From: Candidatus Zambryskibacteria bacterium RIFCSPLOWO2_02_FULL_51_21
Lineage (GTDB): Bacteria; Patescibacteriota; Minisyncoccia; Phycocordibacterales; Zambryskibacteraceae
Direction of reading: 5' to 3'
DNA: 64,000 nt
Assembly: GCA_001824255.1 (NCBI GenBank)
Contig: MHWQ01000002.1
Coordinates: 393,572 to 457,571, forward strand
Within the stretch, counting starts at the first letter, position 1. Each line of letters begins with the position of its first letter. The notes beneath the pieces were generated by a model. The model was not told where the DNA came from, did not search any database, and saw only the letters and a list, made by a program, of their open reading frames with translations. Shown piece after piece: positions 9,598 through 18,539 of this stretch. A program made the translations under genes and the position numbers.

Positions 9598-10265
9598 GAA
9601 AACTAGTCTTTCTGTTTTTTATCTACTTATTCTTTTCCACCCCAGCCCTTGCCCAGTCTGTTGATATTCTCTGGCAGGGAACGGGCTACATTCCGCCGTT
9701 TTACGAGGGCAAAATGCTTTGGGCCAAGCAGTCAGTCATTACTCTCGTGGCTATTCCGCAAGGATTGGGTAACCCCGCAAACCTTAATTACAAATGGACT
9801 CGTAACGGCACCGTGCTGGGCAACGTCTCCGGCATTGGCAAAAACTCTCTAACCTTCATGGACGCCGTTTTCTCCAAACCCTACACGATAAAGGTTGAGA
9901 TTGTTGACGGGAATGAAGAGACGCGCGCGGAAGCGACACAGGTCATCGCGGCAAGAGACCCCCTGCTACTGGTCTATGAGAATCACCCCTTGTACGGATA
10001 TCTTTTCAATAAAGAGATTGGGGGTGTCTTCAAAATGAACAAGGAGGAGGCCACCTTCACCGCCTTCCCCTTATTCGCACAGCAAAGAGCGGGGGCTTAT
10101 TCCTGGCGGGCCAATAGCGGAGAGCCTTCCGGCGGCAACACTGTCACTTACCGCGCGCCGGAAGGGGCGAGCGGCGTCTCCAGGGTAAACGTAAGTTTCT
10201 CTGATGGCAACGCGATAATGAGGCCTATCGAGCGCAGTTTCTTGATACAATTTGGCAATGAATAA
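9594..10265 (+). CDS. Secreted protein with cleavable signal peptide. Function unknown.
   Basis: MRKLVFLFFIYLFFSTPALA-QS signal peptide. Overlaps neighbours at both ends. Confidence 0.5.
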   Translation: MRKLVFLFFIYLFFSTPALAQSVDILWQGTGYIPPFYEGKMLWAKQSVITLVAIPQGLGNPANLNYKWTRNGTVLGNVSGIGKNSLTFMDAVFSKPYTIKVEIVDGNEETRAEATQVIAARDPLLLVYENHPLYGYLFNKEIGGVFKMNKEEATFTAFPLFAQQRAGAYSWRANSGEPSGGNTVTYRAPEGASGVSRVNVSFSDGNAIMRPIERSFLIQFGNE

Positions 10266-11139
10266 ACTTATTATTTCTATCTTTTTTCTGGCGCTTGCAG
10301 TTCCCGTCCTTGCCCAGGAAGCCAAGCCGACCGACTACACCATGCTTGCTCCCATACCCCAGCTTGCCACGGAGGGAGAGAAGACAAATGCCGTAACGTA
10401 CGTGACGGGTCTCTTCAAGCTCGCCATAGGTCTCGCCGGAGCGCTCGCGGTGGTGATGATTATCTACGCAGGCATCAAATATATGTCCACGGACGCTTTC
10501 AGCGGCAAGGAGGAGGCCAAAGGCGTCATCGAGAACGCCCTCTGGGGCTTGGGGCTGGCAATAGCCGCCTGGCTCATCCTCTATACCATCAACCCGAAGC
10601 TGGTGGAAATAAAATTCGACATAGCACCGCAGCAAATCGCCACGACCACAACAACGCTTGGTGGGGATCTGCCGGGAGGGGGTTGGGGGGGCGGAGGGGG
10701 AATTCTTCCTGGATATCCGCTTAGCCCAGAACAAGTGGCTGAGAACACGCAAATTAGGGATAAACTTAAAAACAACAAACCCTATCCTGTCTTGGTAAAT
10801 AATGACCCTTGCGCGACAGGAGGGACAATCGGGTGCACAAATGTTGTCGGTCTGCCGGACTCAGCCCTCACTAGTGCTAAAATCCTGGCTAATGCGTGCA
10901 AATGCACAATAACAATCACCGGAGGAACGGAGGGCGGTCATTCCAACCATGGACCAGGGAGGGCAGCTTTCGATCTTTCGCCCATTGGAGCTCTGAATAC
11001 TTTTCTCAGTAAAACTAACCCCCAAGCAGCCTTCCCTAGCAATGGTGCAAAAGTAAGAATCGGAACAACCGTTTACACTTTTGAAACCGCGGGAGCGAAT
11101 GGCAGAGCCACCGCTAACCATTGGCATGTAGAGCTTTGA
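10252..11139 (+). CDS. T4SS pilin-like protein (signal peptide plus two hydrophobic helices, as in CPR and Firmicutes conjugative pilins) with a Gly-rich linker and a roughly 170-aa C-terminal extension domain.
   Basis: MAMNKLIISIFFLALAVPVLA-QEA signal peptide. KLAIGLAGALAVVMIIYAGIKYMST...AKGVIENALWGLGLAIAAWLILYTINPKL matches the pilin-like pattern. GGDLPGGGWGGGGGILPG linker. Confidence 0.5.
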   Translation: MAMNKLIISIFFLALAVPVLAQEAKPTDYTMLAPIPQLATEGEKTNAVTYVTGLFKLAIGLAGALAVVMIIYAGIKYMSTDAFSGKEEAKGVIENALWGLGLAIAAWLILYTINPKLVEIKFDIAPQQIATTTTTLGGDLPGGGWGGGGGILPGYPLSPEQVAENTQIRDKLKNNKPYPVLVNNDPCATGGTIGCTNVVGLPDSALTSAKILANACKCTITITGGTEGGHSNHGPGRAAFDLSPIGALNTFLSKTNPQAAFPSNGAKVRIGTTVYTFETAGANGRATANHWHVEL

Positions 11140-11140
11140 T

Positions 11141-12364
11141 ATGAAAAAAACACTTCTAATCTCCGGCGCGGTCATAGCAATACTGCTTCTTGCCTTCTTT
11201 GCGTGGTTTTTTCTCGGCAGAGACAAGACTGTGCCGGCAGGAGAGGCGGTGATGAATCTTCTGCCATTCGGTTCTGGTGAAAATTTAGGTGAATCAGGAA
11301 TCACGAATCAAGAATCAGGAATAGGAATAACAGTTGGGGAAGAAAAAATTTTTGATGAACAGGGCGTGCCTACATCCAACCTTTTCCGCCTATCCGATGC
11401 ATCAGTGGCCGGTATGATTGCTTTCGCTCGTGGCGGACAGACTGTCGTGCGTTTTGTGGAGAGAGCCACCGGCCATATTTACGAAACCGCGCTGCCTAAA
11501 GATAAGGCCCTGGCGCCGTTGGAAAAAAAGAAAATCTCCATCAACACCCTGCCGAAGGTTTACGAGGCCTACTTCCGCCCGGACGGCAATATGGTGCTCC
11601 TACGGATGCTTGAGGACGGCTCTGATGCGCAAAAGAACCTCGTTTTGAACCTTGCGGCCACCACAAGCACTGCCGTGAATGTGCGCGGGGTGCTCGGCAG
11701 TATCGCGGTGGGGCAGGGAAATACTCTTTTCTATACCGAACTGGGGTCGAAAACGGTTGTCTCCTCTCCCTTCGGCGGTACCGTAAAAACTTTATACTCC
11801 TTTCCTTTTACCGACTGGCGAGTTTCCCCGGCCGGCACCGGCCTTCTCCTGGAGGCTAAACCGAGCGCCGAGGCCCCCGGTTTCGCTTATATTCTAAGCG
11901 CTGCCGGCTCGTTAACCAGAATTCTTGGATCTCTTTCCGGTCTTTCCGCAGTCTCCAATGCCGCGGGGACTTCCGTGCTTTATTCATACAATAACGGCAG
12001 TGAGATAAAACTTTTTGCCAGGAATCTCCGCACCGGCGCGGAAGTCGAAATTTCTCCGGCAACACTCGCCGAGAAATGCGTCTGGTCTGCAAAAGAATCC
12101 TCCAAGGTCTTTTGCGGAGCGCCCAATTCCTCCCCTTCGGCAGATGAGCCCGATGGTTGGTATGCCGGGGCAACACACTTTTCTGACTATATCTGGACTT
12201 CAGATTCTATTACTGAGATTTCAAAACTTCTGGCAAGTCCATTGGATGAATTCGGTATAGACATAGACGTTTACAAACCAATGCTTTCTCCAGCCGAAGA
12301 TTATCTTCTCTTCATCAACAAGCGCGATATGTCCTTGTGGGTTCTTAAACTGCCCGGGGCTTAA
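11141..12364 (+). CDS. Membrane-anchored extracytoplasmic protein, probably beta-rich or propeller-like. Last gene of the operon.
   Basis: N-terminal TM KKTLLISGAVIAILLLAFFAWFFLG. 407 aa. Converges on yidC. Confidence 0.5.
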   Translation: MKKTLLISGAVIAILLLAFFAWFFLGRDKTVPAGEAVMNLLPFGSGENLGESGITNQESGIGITVGEEKIFDEQGVPTSNLFRLSDASVAGMIAFARGGQTVVRFVERATGHIYETALPKDKALAPLEKKKISINTLPKVYEAYFRPDGNMVLLRMLEDGSDAQKNLVLNLAATTSTAVNVRGVLGSIAVGQGNTLFYTELGSKTVVSSPFGGTVKTLYSFPFTDWRVSPAGTGLLLEAKPSAEAPGFAYILSAAGSLTRILGSLSGLSAVSNAAGTSVLYSYNNGSEIKLFARNLRTGAEVEISPATLAEKCVWSAKESSKVFCGAPNSSPSADEPDGWYAGATHFSDYIWTSDSITEISKLLASPLDEFGIDIDVYKPMLSPAEDYLLFINKRDMSLWVLKLPGA

Positions 12365-13061
12365 CCTTTCTCCTAACAAAAAGTTCCTGCCCGATGCTGA
12401 AGAGGTTGGTGGTTAGGAAATACAGACCGATTACTCCGGAAACTTGATAAGAAATAAAAAACATAATGGCTGGAAAAACATATTTCATCTGTTTTTGCAT
12501 GCTTTTCGCCAAATTATCTCCGAAAGAATTCCCCTGGGGTTCCTTCTGGCCTTTGGTAGATACGACAAATTGCAAATAAGTCGAGACGGCTGCCAGAAAC
12601 GCAAGGATAATGCTTTTACCACTTATGTCTATGAGCCCCAGAAAAACAGTGTTAATGCTTAGCGGCGCGGAAACAAAAGAATACAGGAGCGACGCGTTAA
12701 TTGCCGGCAATTTGATGAAAATCTGGTAAAGCGCGAGAATTATTGGAATCTGGATGATTAGAACTAGAATGCCTGAAAAGGGATTAACCCCTTTTTCTTT
12801 ATAGAGAGAGAGGGTGCGGCGAGCCTGTTCCTCCGAATTATCCTTGTACTTCTCTTTAATGGCGGCAAGTTCCGGCGCAATCTCGGCCATTCTCACTTGC
12901 GTCAAAACCGCCTTGCGGGAAAGAGGAAAGAGTACCATGCGCACCAGCACGGTGAGAATCACCACGACAACCCCTGCATCAGCCCAGGGTAGAATCTTGA
13001 AAAGAACTATGAGCGAGTTATAAAGCGGGTCGAAGAAAAAAGCGTGGTAAAGAAAAGACAT
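12345..13061 (-). CDS. yidC: YidC/Oxa1-family membrane protein insertase (short Gram-positive/CPR form).
   Basis: VLFPLSRKAVLTQVRMAEIAPELAAIKEKYKDN...YKEKGVNPFSGILVLIIQIPIILALY is the characteristic YidC core. Conserved rpmH-rnpA-yidC synteny. Confidence 0.85.
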   Translation of the reverse strand: MSFLYHAFFFDPLYNSLIVLFKILPWADAGVVVVILTVLVRMVLFPLSRKAVLTQVRMAEIAPELAAIKEKYKDNSEEQARRTLSLYKEKGVNPFSGILVLIIQIPIILALYQIFIKLPAINASLLYSFVSAPLSINTVFLGLIDISGKSIILAFLAAVSTYLQFVVSTKGQKEPQGNSFGDNLAKSMQKQMKYVFPAIMFFISYQVSGVIGLYFLTTNLFSIGQELFVRRKVKPRAV

Positions 13062-13291
13062 TATATTATTCTAATCAATTCTTCTTCCAATGTCTTGCCT
13101 TTTAATTTTTCAGCGCCCGGCTTTGCTATCAGCAGATACTTTGCTGGTTTTAAAGAAATATTTTTGAGAATCGGGCGGATACGCCGTCTGACGGTATTCC
13201 TTACCACAGCGCTCTTGGAAACTTTTTTGGAGACAGAAATAATTACTTCAACCTTTTCACCGGGCGAAACGCGTAAAGAGAAAAAAGACAT
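13061..13291 (-). CDS. rnpA: Ribonuclease P protein component.
   Basis: Basic 76-aa protein (VRNTVRRRIRPILK). ATG at 13291 overlaps the rpmH stop (ATGA). Canonical position between rpmH and yidC. Confidence 0.8.
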   Translation of the reverse strand: MSFFSLRVSPGEKVEVIISVSKKVSKSAVVRNTVRRRIRPILKNISLKPAKYLLIAKPGAEKLKGKTLEEELIRII

Positions 13292-13425
13292 CAAAGAGCC
13301 AAGCGCGCCCGTCCCTTGCGGCGCCTGTTCCTTATAGTGCGTTTACCGGTGGATGTTTTCTTCCTGGAAAGAAAGCCGTGGGTGCGAGCTCGCTTGCGTT
13401 TCTTCGGGTTGTATGTTCTGGACAT
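13291..13425 (-). CDS. rpmH: 50S ribosomal protein L34.
   Basis: Manual translation of the reverse complement gives [44 protein letters not shown] (44 aa). It is absent from the ORF track because it is under 60 aa. Confidence 0.85.
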   Translation of the reverse strand: MSRTYNPKKRKRARTHGFLSRKKTSTGKRTIRNRRRKGRARLAL

Positions 13426-13522
13426 ATTTTCTTAACAGCTTATTAACATATTATAAACATTTTTTGAGCCGTTAACAAGCTTTCCTGAATATCTAAAAAG
13501 ATATACTGTACACACAAATTTC
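13426..13522. promoter_or_regulatory. rpmH-dnaA divergent intergenic region. AT-rich. Candidate dnaA promoter with a possible degenerate DnaA box.
   Basis: 97 bp between divergent rpmH and dnaA. TTATAAACA (13451-13459) resembles TTATCCACA with 2 mismatches. Confidence 0.3.
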
Positions 13523-14869
13523 ATGACCGACTATAAACAGCTCTGGCAGAAAGTACTCATCGAGATGGAACTGGGGATGTCTAGCGCGAACTTCGCCACT
13601 TGGTTCAAAGATACGAGAATCGTCAAGGAAGAGGGCGGGGTGGTGGTCTTGTCGGTGCCTAATGCCTTCGTTAAAGAGTGGCTTATAACTAAATATCACA
13701 GCGCCATCCTGAGAAGCCTCAGAAATCTTGAAAGTTCGGTCCACGCCATAGAATATGTGGTAAATAAGGAGGAATCGCGCCGCCGTGAGGAGCGCACCGG
13801 CAGAGAAACGGCCAACCGCGAACTGCCATTGCCCGAAATTGAGGTAAATAAGGATGACAACCTTAATCCCCGCTACACCTTCGAGACCTTCGTCATAGGC
13901 CCGTTCAATGAACTGGCCCACGCCGCAGCCCAGGCGGTTATTAAGAAGCCGGGAATCATGTATAACCCGCTCTTTATCTATGGCTCAACCGGCCATGGTA
14001 AAACTCACCTTATCCAGGCAATAGGCAACCACATCAAAACAACCACGCCCGGTAAAAAGGTTTATTACATGACCTCCGAACAATTTGGTCAAGACTGCAT
14101 GAACGCCCTCCAGAACCAGAAAATGAACATTTTCAAAGAGAAATACCGAAAATACGACGTCTTGATAGTTGACGACATTCAATTTTTTTCCGATAAGCAA
14201 AAGTTCCAAGAAGAGCTTTTTCACCTCTTCAACACCCTCTATGACAATAACCGTCAGATTATCTTTTCTTCCGACAAACACCCTCACTTCATTAATGGGC
14301 TTGAGGACCGGCTGAAGTCGCGCCTCTCGGCCGGTATGATTGTCGACATTCCGCCACCGGACAAAGAGTCAAGAATCGCCATTATTTCCGCCAAGGCAAC
14401 CCAGCAGGGCGTAGTCCTTACGCCGGATATTGTGGATTATCTCGCTCATTCCATAAACGGCAACATCCGCGAGCTTGAGGGGGCCGTCAACTCACTCCTC
14501 TGCCAGGCGGAACTTAAGGCTAAGGAAATTACCATGGTTGACGTTAGAAACTACATCAAGAACAACATCAAACCTAAGAGAAGTATCGCGGTAAAGGATG
14601 TGGTGAGAATTATTTCTGACTTCTATAATATAAAAGAGGAGAGTATTTACGAAAAAACCAGGCATAAGGAGGTTATCCGCCCCAGGCAGATCATTATGTA
14701 TATATTGAGAGAAGATTTTAACATCTCCTATCCTTCCATAGGACAGAAATTGGGCGGACGCGACCACACCACCGTCATTCATTCGTGTGAAAAAATAAAA
14801 AATGATATTAAACTTGACCAGACATTGGTGGATGAGGTCAGCCAGATTAGGAACTTAATAACTGTGTAA
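13523..14869 (+). CDS. dnaA: Chromosomal replication initiator protein DnaA.
   Basis: AAA+ Walker A GSTGHGKTHL. Walker B VLIVDDIQF. C-terminal HTH domain (RPRQIIMYILRE...GGRDHTTVIH). Confidence 0.95.
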   Translation: MTDYKQLWQKVLIEMELGMSSANFATWFKDTRIVKEEGGVVVLSVPNAFVKEWLITKYHSAILRSLRNLESSVHAIEYVVNKEESRRREERTGRETANRELPLPEIEVNKDDNLNPRYTFETFVIGPFNELAHAAAQAVIKKPGIMYNPLFIYGSTGHGKTHLIQAIGNHIKTTTPGKKVYYMTSEQFGQDCMNALQNQKMNIFKEKYRKYDVLIVDDIQFFSDKQKFQEELFHLFNTLYDNNRQIIFSSDKHPHFINGLEDRLKSRLSAGMIVDIPPPDKESRIAIISAKATQQGVVLTPDIVDYLAHSINGNIRELEGAVNSLLCQAELKAKEITMVDVRNYIKNNIKPKRSIAVKDVVRIISDFYNIKEESIYEKTRHKEVIRPRQIIMYILREDFNISYPSIGQKLGGRDHTTVIHSCEKIKNDIKLDQTLVDEVSQIRNLITV

Positions 14870-15069
14870 AAGATGTGGAAAAATAATGTGAATAATGTTA
14901 ATAAGATGGTGAGAAATAAGCGACGTAACGGGAGGTGGAAACTTTCATCCTCCAACTCACGGGTTTCTCCACAGGTAGATATTTTAGAGAGTATAAAAAA
15001 CCTTTTAGTCAGGCCATTAAAACGAATCCCCAGTATAAACACCCCTAATAGTAGTAATAAATTTTATAT
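14870..15069. promoter_or_regulatory. Candidate oriC: AT-rich dnaA-dnaN intergenic region with near-consensus DnaA boxes.
   Basis: TTTTCCACA on the minus strand (14875-14883) and TTCTCCACA (14965-14973) each differ from TTATCCACA by 1 nt. Strongly AT-rich 200-bp spacer between dnaA and dnaN. Confidence 0.4.
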
Positions 15070-16176
15070 ATGAAAATAGAAGCTATTAAAGAACAACTTG
15101 AAGGAGCACTCAGTAAGGCTGATAAAATTGCCGGTAAAAATCAAAGTCTCCCTGTTTTGTCCGGGTTTTATATGGATGCCCGGGATAATCTCCTTACTAT
15201 CAAGGCCACTAATCTTGATTTAGGTATTTCCGTAAGTTTGCCGGTGAAGGTTCTTGAGCCGGGTATAGTGGTGGTGCCAGCCCATATTCTCTCCTCCTTC
15301 ATATCTTCACTTTCTTACGATAAAAACACATCTCTTCAGACTAAAGGCCAGGTTTTAGATATCAAAACTAAAACGACAAAAACAAGCATAAAAACGCTCC
15401 CAAGCGAGGAATTTCCGATTATTCCGGAAATAGGCACCGATGGCGTTTTCTCTCTGCCGGCTCGTGATCTGATATTCGGTTTGAGGTCGGTTATTTATGC
15501 TGCCGCGGTTGGCAGTGTTAAGCCAGAACTCTCATCGGTGCTGATTAAACACGAAGGGGAGTTTCTGATTTTTGCCGCCACCGATTCCTTCCGCCTTGCC
15601 GAGAAAAAAATAAAAGTGAAGAAAGTTCCTCACTTCAAACAAATTCTTATCCCGCAGAAAAACGCGTTGGAAATTATCAAAATATTCGACCAAGGGGATG
15701 AGGATATTTCGATTTCGATAGAAGAGCATCAAATGGCGCTGCGTTCCGGCGGAGTTTATGTCACCTCGCGCATTATCGAGGGCAACTTTCCGGACTATCG
15801 GCAGATTATTCCGAAAGAAGTAAACACCACCGCGACGGTCTTGAAGCAGGATTTAATCAATTCACTCAAAACCAGCCTGATTTTCTCAGACTCCTTCAAC
15901 CAGCTTTCCTTAAGACTCGCGCCTAAGGAAAAGAAGTTTGAAATGGAATCAAAAAATTCCTCAATTGGCGAAAGCACTCAAAACATCCAGGTGGCAGCTA
16001 TGGAGGGTAAGGATATTTTCATCAGCGTAAATCATCGCTATTTCACCGACTGCTTCCAGTCCCTAATAACGGACAGCCTCTCCCTCTCTTTCTCCGGAGA
16101 GCAGAAGCCGATTGTCGTTAAGGGTGTCGGTGACCAGAGCTTCCTCTATCTCGTGATGCCTATGAACCAATCATGA
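15070..16176 (+). CDS. dnaN: DNA polymerase III beta sliding clamp.
   Basis: 368 aa, three-domain clamp length. N-terminal MKIEAIKEQLEGALSKADKIAGK pattern. Located immediately after dnaA. Confidence 0.9.
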   Translation: MKIEAIKEQLEGALSKADKIAGKNQSLPVLSGFYMDARDNLLTIKATNLDLGISVSLPVKVLEPGIVVVPAHILSSFISSLSYDKNTSLQTKGQVLDIKTKTTKTSIKTLPSEEFPIIPEIGTDGVFSLPARDLIFGLRSVIYAAAVGSVKPELSSVLIKHEGEFLIFAATDSFRLAEKKIKVKKVPHFKQILIPQKNALEIIKIFDQGDEDISISIEEHQMALRSGGVYVTSRIIEGNFPDYRQIIPKEVNTTATVLKQDLINSLKTSLIFSDSFNQLSLRLAPKEKKFEMESKNSSIGESTQNIQVAAMEGKDIFISVNHRYFTDCFQSLITDSLSLSFSGEQKPIVVKGVGDQSFLYLVMPMNQS

Positions 16177-16415
16177 AAAATCTTTCGAAACTCTTAGAAA
16201 GATTTTCAAACATACTCAACAAAGACACAGAAACAAAGAACACAATAATCAGGATTATAAAAGATAAAACCAATATAGAATTAAAATCAAATCAAATAAA
16301 TCTCAAAAATGGCGTCCTGGAAGTCGAAGCGTCGCCTGTTGTAAAAAACGAAATCAGACTCAAGGAAGATTTATTGAAACAAGAATTAAAAATCTCCAGG
16401 ATTTTGTATAAATAA
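16173..16415 (+). CDS. DUF721/DciA-like small protein, a possible helicase-loader homologue.
   Basis: 80 aa. GVLEVEASPVVKNEIRLKEDLLKQEL resembles the DUF721 core (GVLTVEV-SSAWAQEL-FLK--LL). ATGA overlap with the dnaN stop. The 3' end overlaps the convergent PBP gene. Confidence 0.45.
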   Translation: MKNLSKLLERFSNILNKDTETKNTIIRIIKDKTNIELKSNQINLKNGVLEVEASPVVKNEIRLKEDLLKQELKISRILYK

Positions 16416-18515
16416 AACTGGTTGCTGTATCGGAATCTGCGCGGCTACCCAGCGCCTCACACTATATTCCCAGTGAGGATACTGAGGGTCGTTGGCCGGA
16501 TTTGATGGCGTCGGGCCGCGGGGATTATCCTTCTCCACCCAATAGAGTATTGAATGCGGCTCGCCTCCGACTTCACCCCTCAAAACAGGCTTCAATTCCG
16601 AAGGATTAATCGGCTCGGGCTTCACAAACGACTCCTCGGGCATGTCCGGAAGGACTTTATCTATGAGGTCGCGCCAAAGAGGCGAGACGATAAGACCGGC
16701 AACCTTCTTCTCCATAGGGGAGTTGTCATTATTACCCACCCATGCGCCAATAACCAGGTTTGGGGCATAGCCGATTATCCAGGCATCACGGTAGTCGTTC
16801 GAGGTACCGGTCTTTACCGCTACGTCGCGGTAGGGGACGTACAGGGCCGAATTAGGGCCGTATCCGGGTGTTCTAGCTACGTTGTCGGAAAGAATATCTG
16901 AGACGGTCCTGGCCGTCTCCTCGGGCAAAACCCGCAACGGGAAAAGTTCGCTTCTATCTATGATATTGCCCTTATCATCCTCAACTCTCACTATCGGTGT
17001 GTATTGATTCCTCACTCCGTCATTGGCGAAGACTCCGTAGGCGGACACCATGTCAAGAAGGGAAACTGAGCCGCCTCCGAGAACGAGCGAGAGTCCGTAG
17101 CTGTTCACATCAGTAAGACTCTGAATACCCATCTCTTTCGCGAGCTTGATTGAGTCCCGCACTCCGGCGAGATAAATCGCTTCCACCGCCGGCACGTTGA
17201 TGGACTGTGCCAAAGCATTTCTTATGGTCATCGGGCCGCGGAACTTATCGTCGTAGTTCCCCGGGCTGTAGCACGGGTCCTTGCTCTCAAAATCATCCTC
17301 TGCGCAGGAAGGATTAAATTGGGTTGGCACGTCCCAGAGAATGGTGTCGGCGGTGTAGCCTTTATTGAAAAGAAGCGAATACACGACGGGTTTGAAAGCG
17401 GAGCCAGGCTGCCTCAGGCCCGTGGCGGCGTTGAAGTTGCCGTCGATTTTCTGGTCGAAGTAGTTGCGCGAGCCGGTCATGGCAAGAATCTCGCCGGTCT
17501 TCGGGTCGAGCGCCACAACGGCATTGTTGTTGGCGTTGAATTTCCCCTGATTTATTTCCCCGTATTGTTTGGCGAGCTTCTCCGCTTCCTCCTGAATGTG
17601 ATAATCGAGAGTGGTGATTATTTTGTAGCCGCTGTTCTCCAGCGTACCCTCGCCATACTTCTGGGTCAGCTGTTCAATGACAAAGAAAACGAAATGCGGC
17701 GCGCGTATATTGTCGGTATTTTTCTTTTCGTTGAAAACAACTTTTTCCGAAAGTGCCTTGTCATGCTCTTCCTGAGAAATTAGTCCATTTTTAAGCATTT
17801 CGGCGAGAACCAGGTCTTTCCTCTCACCAAGTTCTTTCTGGTGCGAGCCGTAAGGCGAGTAATAAGTCGGAGCTTTGAGCACCGCCGCGAGATAGGCCGA
17901 TTCGGCAAGCGAGAGGTCGGCCGCGCTTTTGCCGAAGAAGCTATGTGACGCCTCGCCGACGCCGTAAATGGTGCCGCCGTAAGGAATCTCGTTTAAATAA
18001 AGAGTCAGAATCTCGTCTTTGGTAAGCACTTTCTCGAGTTTTATGGCAAGGATAAGCTCCTTTAACTTCCTTGTTGGTGTCTTATCCTTGGTCAGGATGG
18101 AATTTTTGACCACTTGCTGAGTGATGGTGGAGCCGCCCTGGCTGAAGGAGAGGGAAGTAAGATTCACCAAAACGGCACGGACGAATGATGAGAGCACAAA
18201 ACCGTTGTGAGAATAGAAATCTTTGTCCTCGATGGCAATGGTGGCCGATTTAACGTACGGAGAAATTGCTTCGAAGGGCACCTGCTCGCGCCTGACGTCG
18301 CGGCTCATGTCATAAAGGAGAACCTCGCCGGTGCGGTCGTAAATCTTGGTGGACTGGTCGATTTTCCTCTCGCTAATGCTCTCAAGGGCTGGAATCCGGA
18401 GTGAGGCTATCCAGAGGACAAAGAGTCCGCAGACGAAGAGGGCCGCCGCCCCGGCGGCCCAGTAATGGTTCGAATTGCGGAACTTCCTCCAGAAATTCAT
18501 CATTAGAGAACCCAT
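16386..18515 (-). CDS. Class A penicillin-binding protein (bifunctional glycosyltransferase/transpeptidase, PBP1A-like).
   Basis: GT51 motif QGGSTITQQVVKN. Transpeptidase SxxK (PGSAFKP). N-terminal membrane anchor. Confidence 0.9.
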   Translation of the reverse strand: MGSLMMNFWRKFRNSNHYWAAGAAALFVCGLFVLWIASLRIPALESISERKIDQSTKIYDRTGEVLLYDMSRDVRREQVPFEAISPYVKSATIAIEDKDFYSHNGFVLSSFVRAVLVNLTSLSFSQGGSTITQQVVKNSILTKDKTPTRKLKELILAIKLEKVLTKDEILTLYLNEIPYGGTIYGVGEASHSFFGKSAADLSLAESAYLAAVLKAPTYYSPYGSHQKELGERKDLVLAEMLKNGLISQEEHDKALSEKVVFNEKKNTDNIRAPHFVFFVIEQLTQKYGEGTLENSGYKIITTLDYHIQEEAEKLAKQYGEINQGKFNANNNAVVALDPKTGEILAMTGSRNYFDQKIDGNFNAATGLRQPGSAFKPVVYSLLFNKGYTADTILWDVPTQFNPSCAEDDFESKDPCYSPGNYDDKFRGPMTIRNALAQSINVPAVEAIYLAGVRDSIKLAKEMGIQSLTDVNSYGLSLVLGGGSVSLLDMVSAYGVFANDGVRNQYTPIVRVEDDKGNIIDRSELFPLRVLPEETARTVSDILSDNVARTPGYGPNSALYVPYRDVAVKTGTSNDYRDAWIIGYAPNLVIGAWVGNNDNSPMEKKVAGLIVSPLWRDLIDKVLPDMPEESFVKPEPINPSELKPVLRGEVGGEPHSILYWVEKDNPRGPTPSNPANDPQYPHWEYSVRRWVAAQIPIQQPVLFIQNPGDF

Positions 18516-18539
18516 TTTAACATATGTTAAGATACTTTC

